Positions 19,042 to 30,769 of a stretch of DNA of 64,000 nt are shown here, in pieces (position 1 is the first letter of the stretch; every line of letters starts with the position of its first letter). A program made the translations under genes and the position numbers. A model generated the notes under the pieces. The model saw nothing but the letters and a program-made list of their open reading frames with translations, was not told the origin of the DNA and did no database searches. Source of the stretch: Anaerolineae bacterium (GTDB lineage: Bacteria > Chloroflexota > Anaerolineae > Epilineales > JAHCIE01); NCBI GenBank assembly GCA_046328505.1, contig JAXLWL010000003.1, positions 466,181 through 530,180 of the forward strand. Direction: 5' to 3'.

Positions 19042-19148
19042 AGAACCCTCTCCCCGTAGGAGAGGGCAGGGTAAGGGTCTTGAAACCTTGCCGGGTTCCA
19101 GAACCCTCACCCCAACCCTTTCCCAGAGGGAGAGGGGGTTAAGACCTT
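19042..19148. repeat. tandem hairpin-containing direct repeats (aaccctctcccc..ggagaggg) immediately downstream of the giant gene
   Basis: units aaccctctccccgtaggagagggcagggtaagggtcttgaaacc and aaccctttcccagagggagagggggttaagaccttg; candidate terminator/REP. Confidence 0.4.
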
Positions 19149-19152
19149 GCTG

Positions 19153-22100
19153 TTACTGGCCGACCGTGATGTAGGGCAGGTAGATGCAGCCGGTGCGGAC
19201 ATCCACCGTGCCTGACGCATCCACCGGTAGCGCCTCGCTCTTCGTGTTCGAGAGTGTCAGCGATGCCTGATCACCGTTCGCCAGATCGATGCTCATCGCG
19301 CCGCACCCGATCACGCGGAAGGTGATCTGGGCCAGCGACCCGCTGCCATCGACCGGGCCGTCCAGGCGAGCGCCCGCCAGGCGGACGATGTGCTTGCCGT
19401 CAGCCGTCACCGCCGTGTTCTCCATCGGCACGATCAGCGAGCCCTCGGGCAGCAGGCTGCCGGCCTTCACCTGGACGCCGGGCTTATCGGCGTCACTGTC
19501 GACAACCTCGACGACGCGCGGATCGTACGCCAGGTTCAGCGCGCCGCCGTAGAAGCCGGTCAGGTTGTCGAGATTGACGGTCACAGTCACCAGGTCGCCT
19601 AGTCCGTAGGTCGCCTTCGGGTTGTCCACCGCCAGCCGGGCCTTGGCCGGAGCGACGTTCGCCTGCGCCGCCTTGCTTGCCGCCGCGCCCGCGCCCAGCG
19701 CCACGGTGCTGTGCAAGCCATCCGTCGGCCCAACGCGGTCGAAGTTGTTGCTGACAAGCACCAGGTCGAAGATGTTGATCTTGTTGTCGCCGTTGATGTC
19801 GGCACGCGGCTCGAAGTTCGGCATTCCCAGCGCGCTATCGTATGCCGACGCGACCAGGGTCAGGTCGAACAGGTTGATGAAGTTGTCGTTGTTCGCGTCG
19901 CCACCAATCATCGTCATGTTGCCGAGCGGCGTGTCGATGCTGGTCACATCGAACTCGCGCCGGATTGGCAGGTAGCCGTCCATGGTCACGGTCAGGACGT
20001 GGTGACCGTACGTCGTCCCGGCGATGTCGAAGTCGCCGTTGACGTCAGTCACCGCCGAGCCTTCCGCGCCGTCATCGATGAGTACCAGGGCTCCCGAGTA
20101 GTTGGTGCGGCCCTCGAGCGCAACCGTTCCGGTCACGTCGTCGCGGTTGGGCGGCGGGAGCGTCTTGCAAGAGATGACCTGCGAGTAGTCGGAGTACTGC
20201 CCATCGGCGCTCTGGTAGAAGCGCGATCGGTAGAAGTAGAGCGTGTTACCCGACAGGCCCATGTTGCGGTAGCTTCCCTGGCCGGACGGCAGCACCGCGA
20301 CCTCGCTCCAGTTCACGTCGTTGAGCGAGCGCTCGATGTGGATGCTCGTCGCGGCAGCGCCGGGCGATGTCCAGATCAGGTCAATCGCGGTGGACGAGTA
20401 GACGCGGCAGCTCCAGTCGGGCGGCGGCGGAGGCGGCTTCTGCGGCGTCGTACACGACGCGGGTCCGCTGAAGGCCGTCTGGACGCCGTTCTTGATGCCG
20501 GCTACCTGGTACTGATAGCTCGTATTCGGCTGGGCGCTCTTGTCGTAGTAGATCGACGTGCCAGCCGGCTGCTGCACGGTCGGGCCAGACACGAAGGAGG
20601 CCACGCGCTGAATGACGAGCGCATCGTACGCAGCGTTGTTCTCCCACGTAATGTTGATCTGGTTGCTGTTGACGGTGATACACTGCACGTTGGACGGCCC
20701 GAGAAGGCCCGTCGGCGTCGGCGTCGGCGTCGCCGTATTGGTCGACGTGTTTGTCGGCGTATTCGTCGGCGTGCTCGTGCGGGTCGACGTTGGCGTGTTG
20801 GTCGGTGTCGCCGTGTTCGTCGACGTCGGCGTGTTCGTCGCCCTCGTCCCTGTTGTCGTTGGGGTCGGCGTGTATGTGTTCTGGCCGGTGGGCGTGACCG
20901 TGCTCGTCGACGTCGCCGTACTAGTCGCCGTCGCCGTGCTCGTCGGCGTCGCCGTGCTCGTCGGTGTCGCCGTGTTCGTGGCCGTGCTGGTCGCCGTCGC
21001 CGTCGGTGTATCGGTCGGGCGCGGTCCGGGCGGCTCCTCTGGGTTCACCCAGATATCGCCGCCGTCGTTCGGGTTGTACGTAAACTTGACCCGGGCCGTG
21101 GTCGGGTTGCCGGTGATGGCCGGCCCCTCGGCGTTGAAGAAGTCGATGTGGCCCGTCGAGCCGCCCACGGGGAAGTCGGCCGGGCCGACACCGCCCGTGT
21201 TAGGCTGCGGGATGCCCGGATACGGCGAGCCTGGGTTAGCGGCCCGCCACGCGGCGGCAAGATCGGCCTGGGACGACTGGGAGCCGTCCAGCTCCGGGTT
21301 GATATCGGTGCAGGCAAACAGCGACAGACGGCTCTGGGTCGAGACCAGGCTGCTGGTGAGCAGGTAGTACTGGTCGTTCGGGAGCTGGATGTCGGTGTAG
21401 CTCGCCGGGATTGTCAGGAACTGCTCGGTGCTCCAGTTGTCCCGCACAGGCGACCCGACCGCACCGGCCGCGTTGATCCACAGCATTTCGCGCAGCTCAC
21501 CCGTGAAGCGCGGCTCCACGCTCTCCGCCCGGACTCGGACGACAAGGGGTGATGCCGCGCGCGGTGCGCCGACGCAGTCGCTGCTGCTGTGGACGCCCAC
21601 TGAGGCGAACTGATCGGGAGTGATGCGGTCCACGTCGAGGGCGATGGTGTGCGCCATGTTGAACGGCGGGACCTGGGAGATGACGTTCGTGTCCGGGTTG
21701 TTGAGCACCGCGCCGCGGAAATAGGCCTGGAGGGCGATGCTATCCTCGCTGTTGACGAACGGTGCGACCTTGGGAACAGGCGTGCGCAGGGTGATGTACT
21801 TGAACTCATACGGCTCGGTGCCCGGCCCGCTGTCGCTCGGCGCCGTATCGATGGCGACAACGTTGTACTCGTGGCCGTCGACGAAGAAGCGCTTGAGGTA
21901 CCACGGGTCGCCCTTGGTCAGGTTGTGGCCGCCCTGGCCATTGTCGATCGCCGCGTAGGTTGCGCCCAACGCGCGGCCAACGGTGACGGAGACCGACTCG
22001 TCAAACTGGTTGACTGCGCCGACGTAGACGAACCAGGCGCCGTCCGTGCTGCCCAGGTTGTTTCCACCGTGGGGGAGGCGGCGCACGAAGTTGCGGTTAG

Positions 22101-25100
22101 CGATACCCATGTCGCCCACGTTGAAGGTCGACGACAGGATGAAATCGGGGTAGGACGAATACTCGCCGTTGCCCAAGGGGTGCAGACCGCCGCCCGCGTA
22201 CCAGAAGTCGAGGTCGACGCTGGGCTGCACGTTGTAGCCCCCAACGGCGACGTTGCGCAGCTTGATCATGTGGTCCAGGAACTGGACGCTGTCGCCGCGC
22301 TTCAGTGTGATATTCTGGACCGAGAAGACTGCCAGGCCATCGAGCGGCAGGCCGGTCGGGCGCAGGTTGTCGAGAACACCGTTGCCGTTGAAGTCAGCCG
22401 AGATGCCCGTCTTTGCCGCCAGGCTCGTCTCGCTGTCCACTGTCACGATATCGGGTGTGCCGTCGAAGTTGGCGTCGAACGACGTGAGGCCGAAGCCAAA
22501 GCTCGGTGGCGAGGGCGCCCAGCCAATGCCCGCGTTGGCGGGCGGCACGGGCAGCTCGTTCCGCCCGGTCGCCATGGGGAATGCCATACGCGTCACGCCC
22601 GGCTGGCCGTGCGTCGGCTGGTCCCGAGTGTCGAGGAGCAGGAATGTCAGCTCCTGCATCAGCGCCGGGAAGCGGTAGTCCTGGCGGCGATTGCCCGTAT
22701 AGAGAATCTTGTCCAGGTACGTTGGCTCGTACCACATCCGCTGGTAGACCTTCTCGCGGCCGTCGTTCTGCTCCACCGAGATCTGCGGGTAGAGCACCGA
22801 GAGCGGCTCGCCGCTGTTGCGGAACTCGTCCATGTACGCCGGGTTGAAGGTGACGGAATCTTTGGGCGGCGCCTGGGTAAGCTGTGGGTTGAAGGGCGCC
22901 CAGGGATCGGTGTACGGCGGCACTTCCACAGGATAGCCACTAATCGGGTCGTTCGTAATGCTGAGGTCGCCCGCGGTAGGCGTAATAGCCTCCGTCGGAC
23001 TTATGACGCCGCGGCCATACACGCGTAGGCTCTGGCTGTCCATGTAGACCTTGCCGGACGGGTTGTTCGTCGGATCGCCGGAGCTCGCCGGGTCGAACCA
23101 GAACTTGAACCGATTCTGGAGACCGGCGATTGCTTGCTGTCCTGGCGGTGTGTTACCGCCCCACACATACGGCTGGGGCTGGTTCTGCACCCAGAGCTGG
23201 TACTGGCTCTGATTGTCGAGGAAGGCGCTCGTGAACAGGTACAGGTCCGGGTTCGCAACCTCTTTTCCGGTCACGGGATCTATGCGCGTTCCGGTGCGGA
23301 TTGGGTTGAGATCCGGGAACGCGAACGCCGTATACGCCCAGGGCAGAGTCCAGATCTGCTCGCTGTAGAAGAACTCACTCTCGACGTTACCCTCGTCCGG
23401 CGGCCGTTCGCCGTACTTCTCGCGCAACACGCTCAGTAGAGAGTTATGAACTGTCTCCTGGCGGTAGACGAAGTACATCTCGCGCGGGTCGCTGTATGTT
23501 GCGGTTGCACCGCCCAGGTTAGGCCCCGAGGTGTACGGGAATGGGCCATTGGCCTGGATGATCGGCGGCACCGGTCCAACGAGCTTGCCGATGAAGCCGA
23601 CCTGGTCGTAGCCGTTGGTGGGCGTCATCCCGGCTATGGCGTTGACATCGGTGAAGATGTAGTGCTCATAGTTGTACGGCGGGAGAACGGCCAGCGGGTC
23701 GTTGACGGCGTAGCCCTTGAGGCGGACCGAGTGCTGCGCGATGGTGATGTTCGGCCCCTTCGGTGTCGGGGTGCGCAGCGTGATGAACTCGAACTCCGAC
23801 TGATCGGCCACTGGCGCCGCCGTCGGGTTTGTCGTCGAAGGACAGACACCGTTCGTAGCAGCAGTACAGCGCACGGCCATCGCCACCACGTTGTACTCAT
23901 GTCCATCGACGTAGAAGCGCTTTAGATACCACGGGTCGGGCGGCTGGCGGTCACCCACGCCCGGCGCGGATTCCATGGCCGTGAAGGGGTGGCCGACGGC
24001 GCGCCCGAGCCACAGGCCAACGGTTCCGTCGGCCGTATCGATAGACTGTGCGTACGCGAACCACGGTGTCTGGCTGGTGCTGCCCAGGTTCGAGCCTGTT
24101 CCGCCGTTGATGACACTGCGGAGCGTCTCCACCGGACCCTGCGTGCCGGCCAGCGCCATGTCGCCTGTTGCGATGAGCTGGTTGCCCAGGTAGCGCGGCT
24201 TCAGGTCGCCGGTGTACCATACGTCCAGCGACACGGCATTGTTGAAGATGCCGGCGACGCGCACGACGTGGTCGAGGAACTGAGCGTACTGGCCCTGGCG
24301 AAGCGGCGTGCCGCTCAAGTTGACGTCGAGCAGGGCAAGCTCAGTGCCATCTGGCGCCTGTCCGGAGCCGAGGGTCAGCCCCTGGAGTCGACCGTCACTG
24401 TTGAAGTCGGCGGCGAGATTCGTCTTCTGGAAGAGCGTTAGCTCGCTGTCCACGGTGACGATGTCGGGCGTGCCGTCGAAGTTGGCATCCAGGGTCGTGA
24501 GACCGTAGCCGGTTGCGTCGGCTGGGCCGTTATCGGCGTCGATCTGGCCGTCGGGACCGAAAAGGTCCGCCTTCCGCTGCCCGACGGGAAATACCATCTG
24601 CGTCCCGCCTACCTGGCCGAAGATTGGCTCAGGCTTGTTGGGACCGTTCGGGACGGGTGGGTTGTTCTGCATCAGCAGGTAGGTAAACTCTTGCTGAATG
24701 GCAGGGTACCACACGTCGTCGAAGAACACCGCCTCGCCGTTGATGATGCGCGGGTCGGTCGGCTGGCCCGTCGTCGGGTTGCGGGTCAGCCTGTTGTCGG
24801 CATTGAGGTCCTTGTCCCAGTGCTGCGGCTCGTACCACAGCCGGTACCAGACCTTCTCGGCCGCGTTGGGAAGACGCGGGCCACCGCTGATCTGCCCGTA
24901 GAGGCGCTGATTCTCATCGGGCGTGACGGCCTCATTCATGTAGGCCGGGTTCCACGTCACGGAGTCCTTGCGCGGGGCTTGGGGGTGCTGAGGAATGAAT
25001 ACACCCAGCAGGTCGGTGTACGGGGCATCTTCCGGCACGTGGCCGGTGACCGGATCGAAAATGGCCGGGGCCAGGCCGGCGCCGGGATCGAGGACGTTGT

Positions 25101-25314
25101 CCGCGCCCGCGCCGAAATAGCTTCGGCCATACACGCGCAGTGTGTAGTAGGCTGACGTGGCCTGCGCTCCCACGCCCCCTGCCAGCAGGACCCAACCTGC
25201 GGCCACCATGATGGCCAGCAGTGCAACGCTGAGCGCGACCATTCGCAGCGGTCTGCGACGGGCCGTCAGCCAACTTGCGGCGATGGGCTGGCGTGTTTGA
25301 TCATCTTGAGACAT
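19153..25314 (-). CDS. giant secreted multidomain surface protein (2053 aa): internally duplicated ~500-aa module x2, TP-linker, FN3 x2, CarbopepD_reg-like, type-I dockerin, C-terminal cohesin
   Basis: ATG 25314 with GGGAGGAGG RBS; signal/[25 protein letters not shown]; duplicated blocks ([22 protein letters not shown](Y/F)[10 protein letters not shown]); dockerin repeats [13 protein letters not shown] / [13 protein letters not shown]; cohesin-like C-terminus; ends ...[11 protein letters not shown]. Confidence 0.85.
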   Translation of the reverse strand: MSQDDQTRQPIAASWLTARRRPLRMVALSVALLAIMVAAGWVLLAGGVGAQATSAYYTLRVYGRSYFGAGADNVLDPGAGLAPAIFDPVTGHVPEDAPYTDLLGVFIPQHPQAPRKDSVTWNPAYMNEAVTPDENQRLYGQISGGPRLPNAAEKVWYRLWYEPQHWDKDLNADNRLTRNPTTGQPTDPRIINGEAVFFDDVWYPAIQQEFTYLLMQNNPPVPNGPNKPEPIFGQVGGTQMVFPVGQRKADLFGPDGQIDADNGPADATGYGLTTLDANFDGTPDIVTVDSELTLFQKTNLAADFNSDGRLQGLTLGSGQAPDGTELALLDVNLSGTPLRQGQYAQFLDHVVRVAGIFNNAVSLDVWYTGDLKPRYLGNQLIATGDMALAGTQGPVETLRSVINGGTGSNLGSTSQTPWFAYAQSIDTADGTVGLWLGRAVGHPFTAMESAPGVGDRQPPDPWYLKRFYVDGHEYNVVAMAVRCTAATNGVCPSTTNPTAAPVADQSEFEFITLRTPTPKGPNITIAQHSVRLKGYAVNDPLAVLPPYNYEHYIFTDVNAIAGMTPTNGYDQVGFIGKLVGPVPPIIQANGPFPYTSGPNLGGATATYSDPREMYFVYRQETVHNSLLSVLREKYGERPPDEGNVESEFFYSEQIWTLPWAYTAFAFPDLNPIRTGTRIDPVTGKEVANPDLYLFTSAFLDNQSQYQLWVQNQPQPYVWGGNTPPGQQAIAGLQNRFKFWFDPASSGDPTNNPSGKVYMDSQSLRVYGRGVISPTEAITPTAGDLSITNDPISGYPVEVPPYTDPWAPFNPQLTQAPPKDSVTFNPAYMDEFRNSGEPLSVLYPQISVEQNDGREKVYQRMWYEPTYLDKILYTGNRRQDYRFPALMQELTFLLLDTRDQPTHGQPGVTRMAFPMATGRNELPVPPANAGIGWAPSPPSFGFGLTSFDANFDGTPDIVTVDSETSLAAKTGISADFNGNGVLDNLRPTGLPLDGLAVFSVQNITLKRGDSVQFLDHMIKLRNVAVGGYNVQPSVDLDFWYAGGGLHPLGNGEYSSYPDFILSSTFNVGDMGIANRNFVRRLPHGGNNLGSTDGAWFVYVGAVNQFDESVSVTVGRALGATYAAIDNGQGGHNLTKGDPWYLKRFFVDGHEYNVVAIDTAPSDSGPGTEPYEFKYITLRTPVPKVAPFVNSEDSIALQAYFRGAVLNNPDTNVISQVPPFNMAHTIALDVDRITPDQFASVGVHSSSDCVGAPRAASPLVVRVRAESVEPRFTGELREMLWINAAGAVGSPVRDNWSTEQFLTIPASYTDIQLPNDQYYLLTSSLVSTQSRLSLFACTDINPELDGSQSSQADLAAAWRAANPGSPYPGIPQPNTGGVGPADFPVGGSTGHIDFFNAEGPAITGNPTTARVKFTYNPNDGGDIWVNPEEPPGPRPTDTPTATATSTATNTATPTSTATPTSTATATSTATSTSTVTPTGQNTYTPTPTTTGTRATNTPTSTNTATPTNTPTSTRTSTPTNTPTNTSTNTATPTPTPTGLLGPSNVQCITVNSNQINITWENNAAYDALVIQRVASFVSGPTVQQPAGTSIYYDKSAQPNTSYQYQVAGIKNGVQTAFSGPASCTTPQKPPPPPPDWSCRVYSSTAIDLIWTSPGAAATSIHIERSLNDVNWSEVAVLPSGQGSYRNMGLSGNTLYFYRSRFYQSADGQYSDYSQVISCKTLPPPNRDDVTGTVALEGRTNYSGALVLIDDGAEGSAVTDVNGDFDIAGTTYGHHVLTVTMDGYLPIRREFDVTSIDTPLGNMTMIGGDANNDNFINLFDLTLVASAYDSALGMPNFEPRADINGDNKINIFDLVLVSNNFDRVGPTDGLHSTVALGAGAAASKAAQANVAPAKARLAVDNPKATYGLGDLVTVTVNLDNLTGFYGGALNLAYDPRVVEVVDSDADKPGVQVKAGSLLPEGSLIVPMENTAVTADGKHIVRLAGARLDGPVDGSGSLAQITFRVIGCGAMSIDLANGDQASLTLSNTKSEALPVDASGTVDVRTGCIYLPYITVGQ

Positions 25315-25460
25315 GACTTGCCTCCTCCCGCACACGACGAAGCAGTGCGCACTAACCGTTACAACGGCAGTCGGAGGCAAATGTTATGAATAATGCCCTG
25401 CAGGCCGTCTCAGCTTTTATATCTTCTTCATATTTGTTTGCATTCGCTGAAAGAAGCCTT

Positions 25461-25988
25461 TTACACGCCGAACCGGGCGGCCACCAGCAGCAGGCCGGCG
25501 ATCGTTTTTACATCGTTCCACTCGCCTGCTCTGGCCCGCGCAACGGCCTCCGCGAAAGGCATCGCGACGACCTCGATGTCCTCATCTTCGTCCCGCTTCC
25601 CCTCGGCCGGTCGGAGATCGGTCGCCAGGTACAGATGCATCAGCTCGTTCGAGTAGCCCGGCGCCAGGTAGAACTCGGTGAGCTTCTCCATGTGGCCCGC
25701 CGTGTAGTTGATCTCCTCCTGAATCTCGCGCTTAGCCGTCGCCTGCGGGTCCTCGCCCGGCTCGCGCGTGCCGGCCGGCAGCTCCCACAGCCGATTCCCT
25801 ATGGCCTGGCGCGTCTGCGTAATCAGGAGCACTCGCGCGTCCGCCCCTTCGCCGATAATCGGCACGATGCCCACCGAGCCGGGGTGGATCAGCCAGGCGC
25901 GGGTAGACTGCTTGCCATCGGGCGCCGTCACCGTCGCCTCATGCACATCGAACACTTTGCTGTGATACACTGTCCGTCCGTCCGCCAT
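25461..25988 (-). CDS. NUDIX hydrolase (ADP-ribose pyrophosphatase-like)
   Basis: Nudix box ELPAGTREPGEDPQATAKREIQEEINY. Confidence 0.85.
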   Translation of the reverse strand: MADGRTVYHSKVFDVHEATVTAPDGKQSTRAWLIHPGSVGIVPIIGEGADARVLLITQTRQAIGNRLWELPAGTREPGEDPQATAKREIQEEINYTAGHMEKLTEFYLAPGYSNELMHLYLATDLRPAEGKRDEDEDIEVVAMPFAEAVARARAGEWNDVKTIAGLLLVAARFGV

Positions 25989-26008
25989 CTATCCTCCCCA
26001 ATCTGCCC

Positions 26009-28234
26009 TTACGCCAACATCGCAACCAGCGTGCGGTCAGCGCTCGCCAGCCGATCCGCCAGCACCCGCGCTAACATCCTGTGCAAGGCCGCTGCCAACT
26101 CCGGCTCCTCGACCTCCATCCGGGCCAGTTCTTCCTGACTCAAGCAATACACAGTGACCAGCTCATCGGCGACCACCGATGCGGAGCGTGGTCGCCCCAA
26201 GTAGAAGCCTAGCTCTCCCACCCATACGCCAGGCTCCATCGTCCATAGCCGCATTTGCTCGCCGGTCGGCATCTCTAGCAGGACCGTGGCCAGCCCTGCC
26301 TCGATCAGGTATAGCTCGTCCGCCACCTCTCCCTGCCGCATGATACTCTCGCCCGCCGCAAACGAGCGTCGTTCCATGTATGGCAAGAAGCGCGCCGGTT
26401 CAATCGTCGGCGGCAGGTACGCCTCCAACCGCTCGGCAAAAGACATCATCCCCGTCGCGTAAGCGCCATGCGCTGCCAATATCTGTTCTTCGCACCACTC
26501 GACCCCCCGGTCCAGGTCCGCAAACAGCTTCAGATTGGGGGTTGAATCGGTCAGGCCGTACGCCTTCAAATCAACGCGCATGTAATCGCTCACGTGCGTG
26601 AGGACGAGCGTTATGTCGCGTCGGGCAACGGTCTGCAATAGGCGCGCGAAGCTCAGCGCGGCAGACGAGTCCATCCCGACAACGCGTTGAAAGTCCAGCA
26701 CGACAAACCGCAGCCGCGGTTGGGTTGTATCCTCAGTGCGCTGGCGGATCTGTTCCAGCAGGCTGTTCGCTGTCCCGAAGAACAGGTAGTTCTGCAGCCT
26801 GAGGATGTAGGTGTCCTCGCCGTGCTCGCGCAGCGCCTGCTCCTGATCAGGTGAGCGCTGACGATTGCTGACAAACGTCTGTCCCGTCAGCGTGTTTCGG
26901 ACAACGCCGATGCGGCTGTAGCGCACCAGGAACACCCCGACCGCGATCGCCAGCCCGACAGCGACGCCCGGTAGAGGCCCCGCCGCCATGATAACAAGAA
27001 AGATGACAGCTATCAACACCCAGTCAACGCGCGGCATGTTGAACCATGTCTTGTAAAGCCATCCGATGAGGAGATCGGCGCCCACGAAGATGATGATCCC
27101 GCCAAGAACGAAGCGCGGCAGGTAGCCGAGCGGCGCAGTTCCTACGACCAAGGCAAGCCCCGCGACCGCTGCTGTTGTGAGCGGGACGAGAATACTGTGC
27201 ACCTTCATTCGTGGCGCAAGCAAGCTCAGGCCCAGCGCTGAAAAACCGGGCATTCCGCCCAGTATTCCACTCAGCAAGTTGGCGGCGCCGTTGCTGGTGA
27301 GGTCTCGGTTGAGGTCGAAATCCTGGCGGGTCGCCAACTCCAGGGCGCTGTCGTACAGCAACAGCGTCATCGTGCTCAGCAACACCAGGCTAAGCAAATT
27401 GCCGGTCTGGTGTAGTAACACAGACCAGTTGATATCAACCCACTCGGCAGGCGCCAGGGGGGGCCAACGATAGCCTTGGGCGAACGGGCCGAGGAGCCAG
27501 CCCGCGGCGCTGGCCTGGGCAGTGGAGTGTCCCGTGAGAAACAGGACCACGTAGAAGAGAGCGCCGCTTGCGAGCAGAATTACCGGCAGGATGAGGAAAT
27601 GTCTGACGCGCGAACTCAGGAAGAGCAACAGCGCCGCGAGCGCGACGCCCGGCAGCCAACGGCTCAACGTCTCCGGCGCGAACAGCCGGCCCAGGTTGGC
27701 GAGCATAGTCGGCCCGTCAACCATGACGCCTAGCCCACCCTTGGCGAGCAAACCGCCGGTTCCTGCCAGGAACCCGCCCATCACCGGGTATGGAATCAGG
27801 CGGATGAACCGCCCGAGGCGAAAGGTACCAATCGCCAGGTACGCCAGGCCGAGCAGCACGGACGCCAGGACCATCAACGCCAGGACAGTCGGATAGACCT
27901 GGCGCTCCGAGCCGGGTGACGAGAGATCATCGGCGATCGCTGCGGCCGAGACGGCCAGAATGACCGCGGTTACGTCCTGGGGGCTGGCAAGAACGAAGGG
28001 CACAGAGCCAGTCAGGGCCACCACGATGCTCAAGACAATGATGCCGGTCAGCATGCTTCCCCAACCGCCCGGCAGGTACCGCGCCAATTGGTTGTCGAAA
28101 ATCAGCGTCGCCAGCGAGATCTCGATCATCAGAAGCACTAGACCGACGATAAGGCCCGCCGTCACCCCCGGTATCAGGCGATGAAGCGCAAACTCGTGCC
28201 TAAGCATCTCAAGAACGGCGGGACGTTTCGACAT
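26009..28234 (-). CDS. SulP/SLC26 anion transporter fused to STAS and a C-terminal cyclic-nucleotide-binding domain
   Basis: SulP TM core, STAS segment FVVLDFQRVVGMDSSA, C-terminal CAP_ED-like ...ESIMRQGEVADELYLIEAGLATV...; ATG 28234. Confidence 0.85.
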   Translation of the reverse strand: MSKRPAVLEMLRHEFALHRLIPGVTAGLIVGLVLLMIEISLATLIFDNQLARYLPGGWGSMLTGIIVLSIVVALTGSVPFVLASPQDVTAVILAVSAAAIADDLSSPGSERQVYPTVLALMVLASVLLGLAYLAIGTFRLGRFIRLIPYPVMGGFLAGTGGLLAKGGLGVMVDGPTMLANLGRLFAPETLSRWLPGVALAALLLFLSSRVRHFLILPVILLASGALFYVVLFLTGHSTAQASAAGWLLGPFAQGYRWPPLAPAEWVDINWSVLLHQTGNLLSLVLLSTMTLLLYDSALELATRQDFDLNRDLTSNGAANLLSGILGGMPGFSALGLSLLAPRMKVHSILVPLTTAAVAGLALVVGTAPLGYLPRFVLGGIIIFVGADLLIGWLYKTWFNMPRVDWVLIAVIFLVIMAAGPLPGVAVGLAIAVGVFLVRYSRIGVVRNTLTGQTFVSNRQRSPDQEQALREHGEDTYILRLQNYLFFGTANSLLEQIRQRTEDTTQPRLRFVVLDFQRVVGMDSSAALSFARLLQTVARRDITLVLTHVSDYMRVDLKAYGLTDSTPNLKLFADLDRGVEWCEEQILAAHGAYATGMMSFAERLEAYLPPTIEPARFLPYMERRSFAAGESIMRQGEVADELYLIEAGLATVLLEMPTGEQMRLWTMEPGVWVGELGFYLGRPRSASVVADELVTVYCLSQEELARMEVEEPELAAALHRMLARVLADRLASADRTLVAMLA

Positions 28235-28306
28235 CACGACTCCTAACGAAGGATTGTGAAGCGACGCAACAACTCGGTCAACGCCGAACAATCTGCCGCA
28301 ACCGAC

Positions 28307-30531
28307 CTACGCCAACAAGCCAACCATCATCCGATCTGTGTTCGCCAGCCGCTCCGCCAGCACCCGCGCCAGCATCTCGTGGAAAGCCATCGCCAGATCC
28401 GCGTCCTCCGCCTGCATTCGCTCCAGCCCGGCGCGGCTCAGGCTGTACACCGTCACCGGCTCGTCCGCGACCACGGATGCCGATCGTAGCCTCCCAAGGT
28501 AGAACCCCATCTCCCCCACCCACGTACCCGGCTCCATCGTCCAGAGCCGGATCTCATTGCCATCTGGCAGTCGTAGCAGGACTGTCGCCTGCCCCGCGCC
28601 GATGAGGTAAAGCTTGTCGGCTGCCTCTCCCTGGCGCATGATGGTCTCACTCGCCGCGACCTCGCGCCGCTCCATGTAGGCCAGAAGCCGCGGCGGCGCA
28701 ATTGTCGCCGGCAAGTACTGCGCCAGCTCGTCCGCAAATGTGAATTCGCGGGCGTCGGCCTCGCCCAGTGCAGCAAGCGTTTGATTCTCGCACCACTCCA
28801 CGCCACGGTCCAGGTCCGGGAATATCCGCACATCCTCACCTTCGAGAATCTGCCCGCCAAGCTTAAGCTCCCGGAGCAGCGCATCTTCGATGTGTGTCAG
28901 CACCAAGAAGATGCCCCGCTCGCTGGTGATTTGCTGCAACCGGACAAAGCCCAGGACCGCCGATGAATCCATGCCCACGACGCGCTGGAAGTCCAGCACC
29001 ACGAACTTGACCGGCGGCTGCCCTGTGTCATCTACCCGATGGCGAATCTGTGTCACCAGGCCGTCCGCGGTGCCGAAGAAGAGATAGTTTTGCAGTCGGA
29101 GAATGTAGAGGCTGGCGCCGTGCTCGCGCAGCAGTCGCTCGTGACGGAGGAGGCGCTGGCGGTTGCTGACGAAGGACTGCCCATCCAGTGTGTTCTTGAC
29201 AACGCCCACTCGGCTGTAGCGTACGATGAACAGCACCATCGCCACGATAAGGCCGACCCCAATCCCGACCAGGAGTCCGCTCGTAATAATGACGGCGAGG
29301 ATAAGCATCAGCAGAACCCAGTCGAGGCGCGGCAGGCTGAACCAGGTCGAGTAGACCCATTCAATCAGCAAGCTGAGTCCGAGAAAGAAGGCCAGACCTG
29401 CCAGAGTGAAGCGGGGCAGGTAGCTCAAACTGTTCGCGCCGACGAGAAGAGTCGCGCCGGCCATGAACGCGACAACCAGCGGGGCCACTCGCCGCCCGAC
29501 CCGCATCCGCGGCCCAATAAGCGAGATGCTGAGCGATGTGTAGCCTGGCGCCCCGCCCAGAAGGCCACTGAGAAGGTTGGCCCAGCCATGCGCACGCAAG
29601 TCCTGATCCAGGCTCGTATCGCGATGCAGCGCCAGCTCAAGCCCTGTCTCGTTTAGGAGCAAGGATATTGTGCCGACGAGGAGCAAACTCAGCATCAGTC
29701 CCATTTCCTGGCCCAACACCGCCCAATTGATTTCGGGAATTTGTGATGGGGCGAGGGGCGGCCAGCGATACCCTTGAGAGAAAGGTCCCAGGAGCCAATC
29801 GTGCGCGCTGGCCTGGGCGAGCGAAGTCCCAGTCAGCCACAGAACTGCATAGAAGCCAGCAATACTCACCACCAGTGTAGCCGGCACGACCAGGAAATGT
29901 TTGTATCTGGCGGTCAACACAGCGAGAAGAACGCCGAGCGCCACCCGGGCAACCAGTGGGACAGAGTATCGGCGACGAACAGCTCAGGCAAATGTTCCGG
30001 CGTAGTCGGCACGTTGACCATGATGCCAAGCGCTTCCATCGCCACCAGCCAGCCCGTGCCTGCCAAAAACCCGCCGGCGACAGGGTACGGGATGAAGCGA
30101 ATGAGACGCCCCAGCCGAAACGTGCCCAGCCCAAGGTAGACGAGGCCCATCAGTATCGAGGACAGGATAATGTAGGCGAGAACTGTGGGGTAGACCTGGC
30201 TGAGCCGGCCTTGTGAGATGAGAGCGCTGGCTATGGATGTGGTCGCTAGAGCCAGGATGACGGAGGGGTTTTCCTGGGGCTTGGCAATTGCGAAAGGCAA
30301 CGAGCCCACAAGGGCGACGACAACGGCGAGGACGACCGTAGCCGTGAGCATGCTCGACAGCCCATTCGGCAGGTACGGCGCGAGATCGCCGGAGAATATG
30401 AGCGCCGTCAGCGAAATCACGATTGTCACGGTCATCACACTGGCGAGGAGCCCCGCGATCAGACCGGGCAGGAGGCGGTCAGGCGCTAGCTCGCGCCGAG
30501 TGCGACCGAGGATACCCGAGGATGTGGACAT
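28307..30531 (-). pseudogene. second SulP-STAS-cNMP-binding transporter paralog, split by a single -1 frameshift (or sequencing error)
   Basis: ORFs 29914-30531 and 28307-29944 overlap; by comparison with the intact paralog the junction ...HWLPG|VALGVLLAV... is broken by one missing base in the run cccggg (29943-29948). Confidence 0.75.
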
Positions 30532-30769
30532 GACGGCCCTCGATGGAAATAGCGGGCGAGCTGTTGTGCTTGAGGAGAAAGATGTGTCGCCGCGACAAAG
30601 ACGTCAAGACTGCGCATTTTACCGCACTCTGCCTATGCGAGCAACCCGACCCTCTCAGCGGCTCCATCAGTAGCACAAAACGCAGGGGGTCTCTCCCACA
30701 GACAGATCGCCGGTGAGAGTCCCCCTGCGTCGGGGTGATCACAACTACGCTTGCGCAGGCGCAAAGGGC

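Noticed and set aside
19080-19115. tRNA-like T-arm (ccgggttccagaaccc) in the non-coding region after the giant gene
   Set aside because: No acceptor stem or anticodon arm could be built around it; it is part of the tandem aaccct(c/t)(t/c)cccc hairpin repeats
19711-23028. Long plus-strand ORFs (613 aa and 459 aa) opposite the giant minus-strand gene
   Set aside because: Arg/Val-rich antisense translations typical of high-GC DNA; no RBS; the minus-strand frame has coherent domains and a signal peptide
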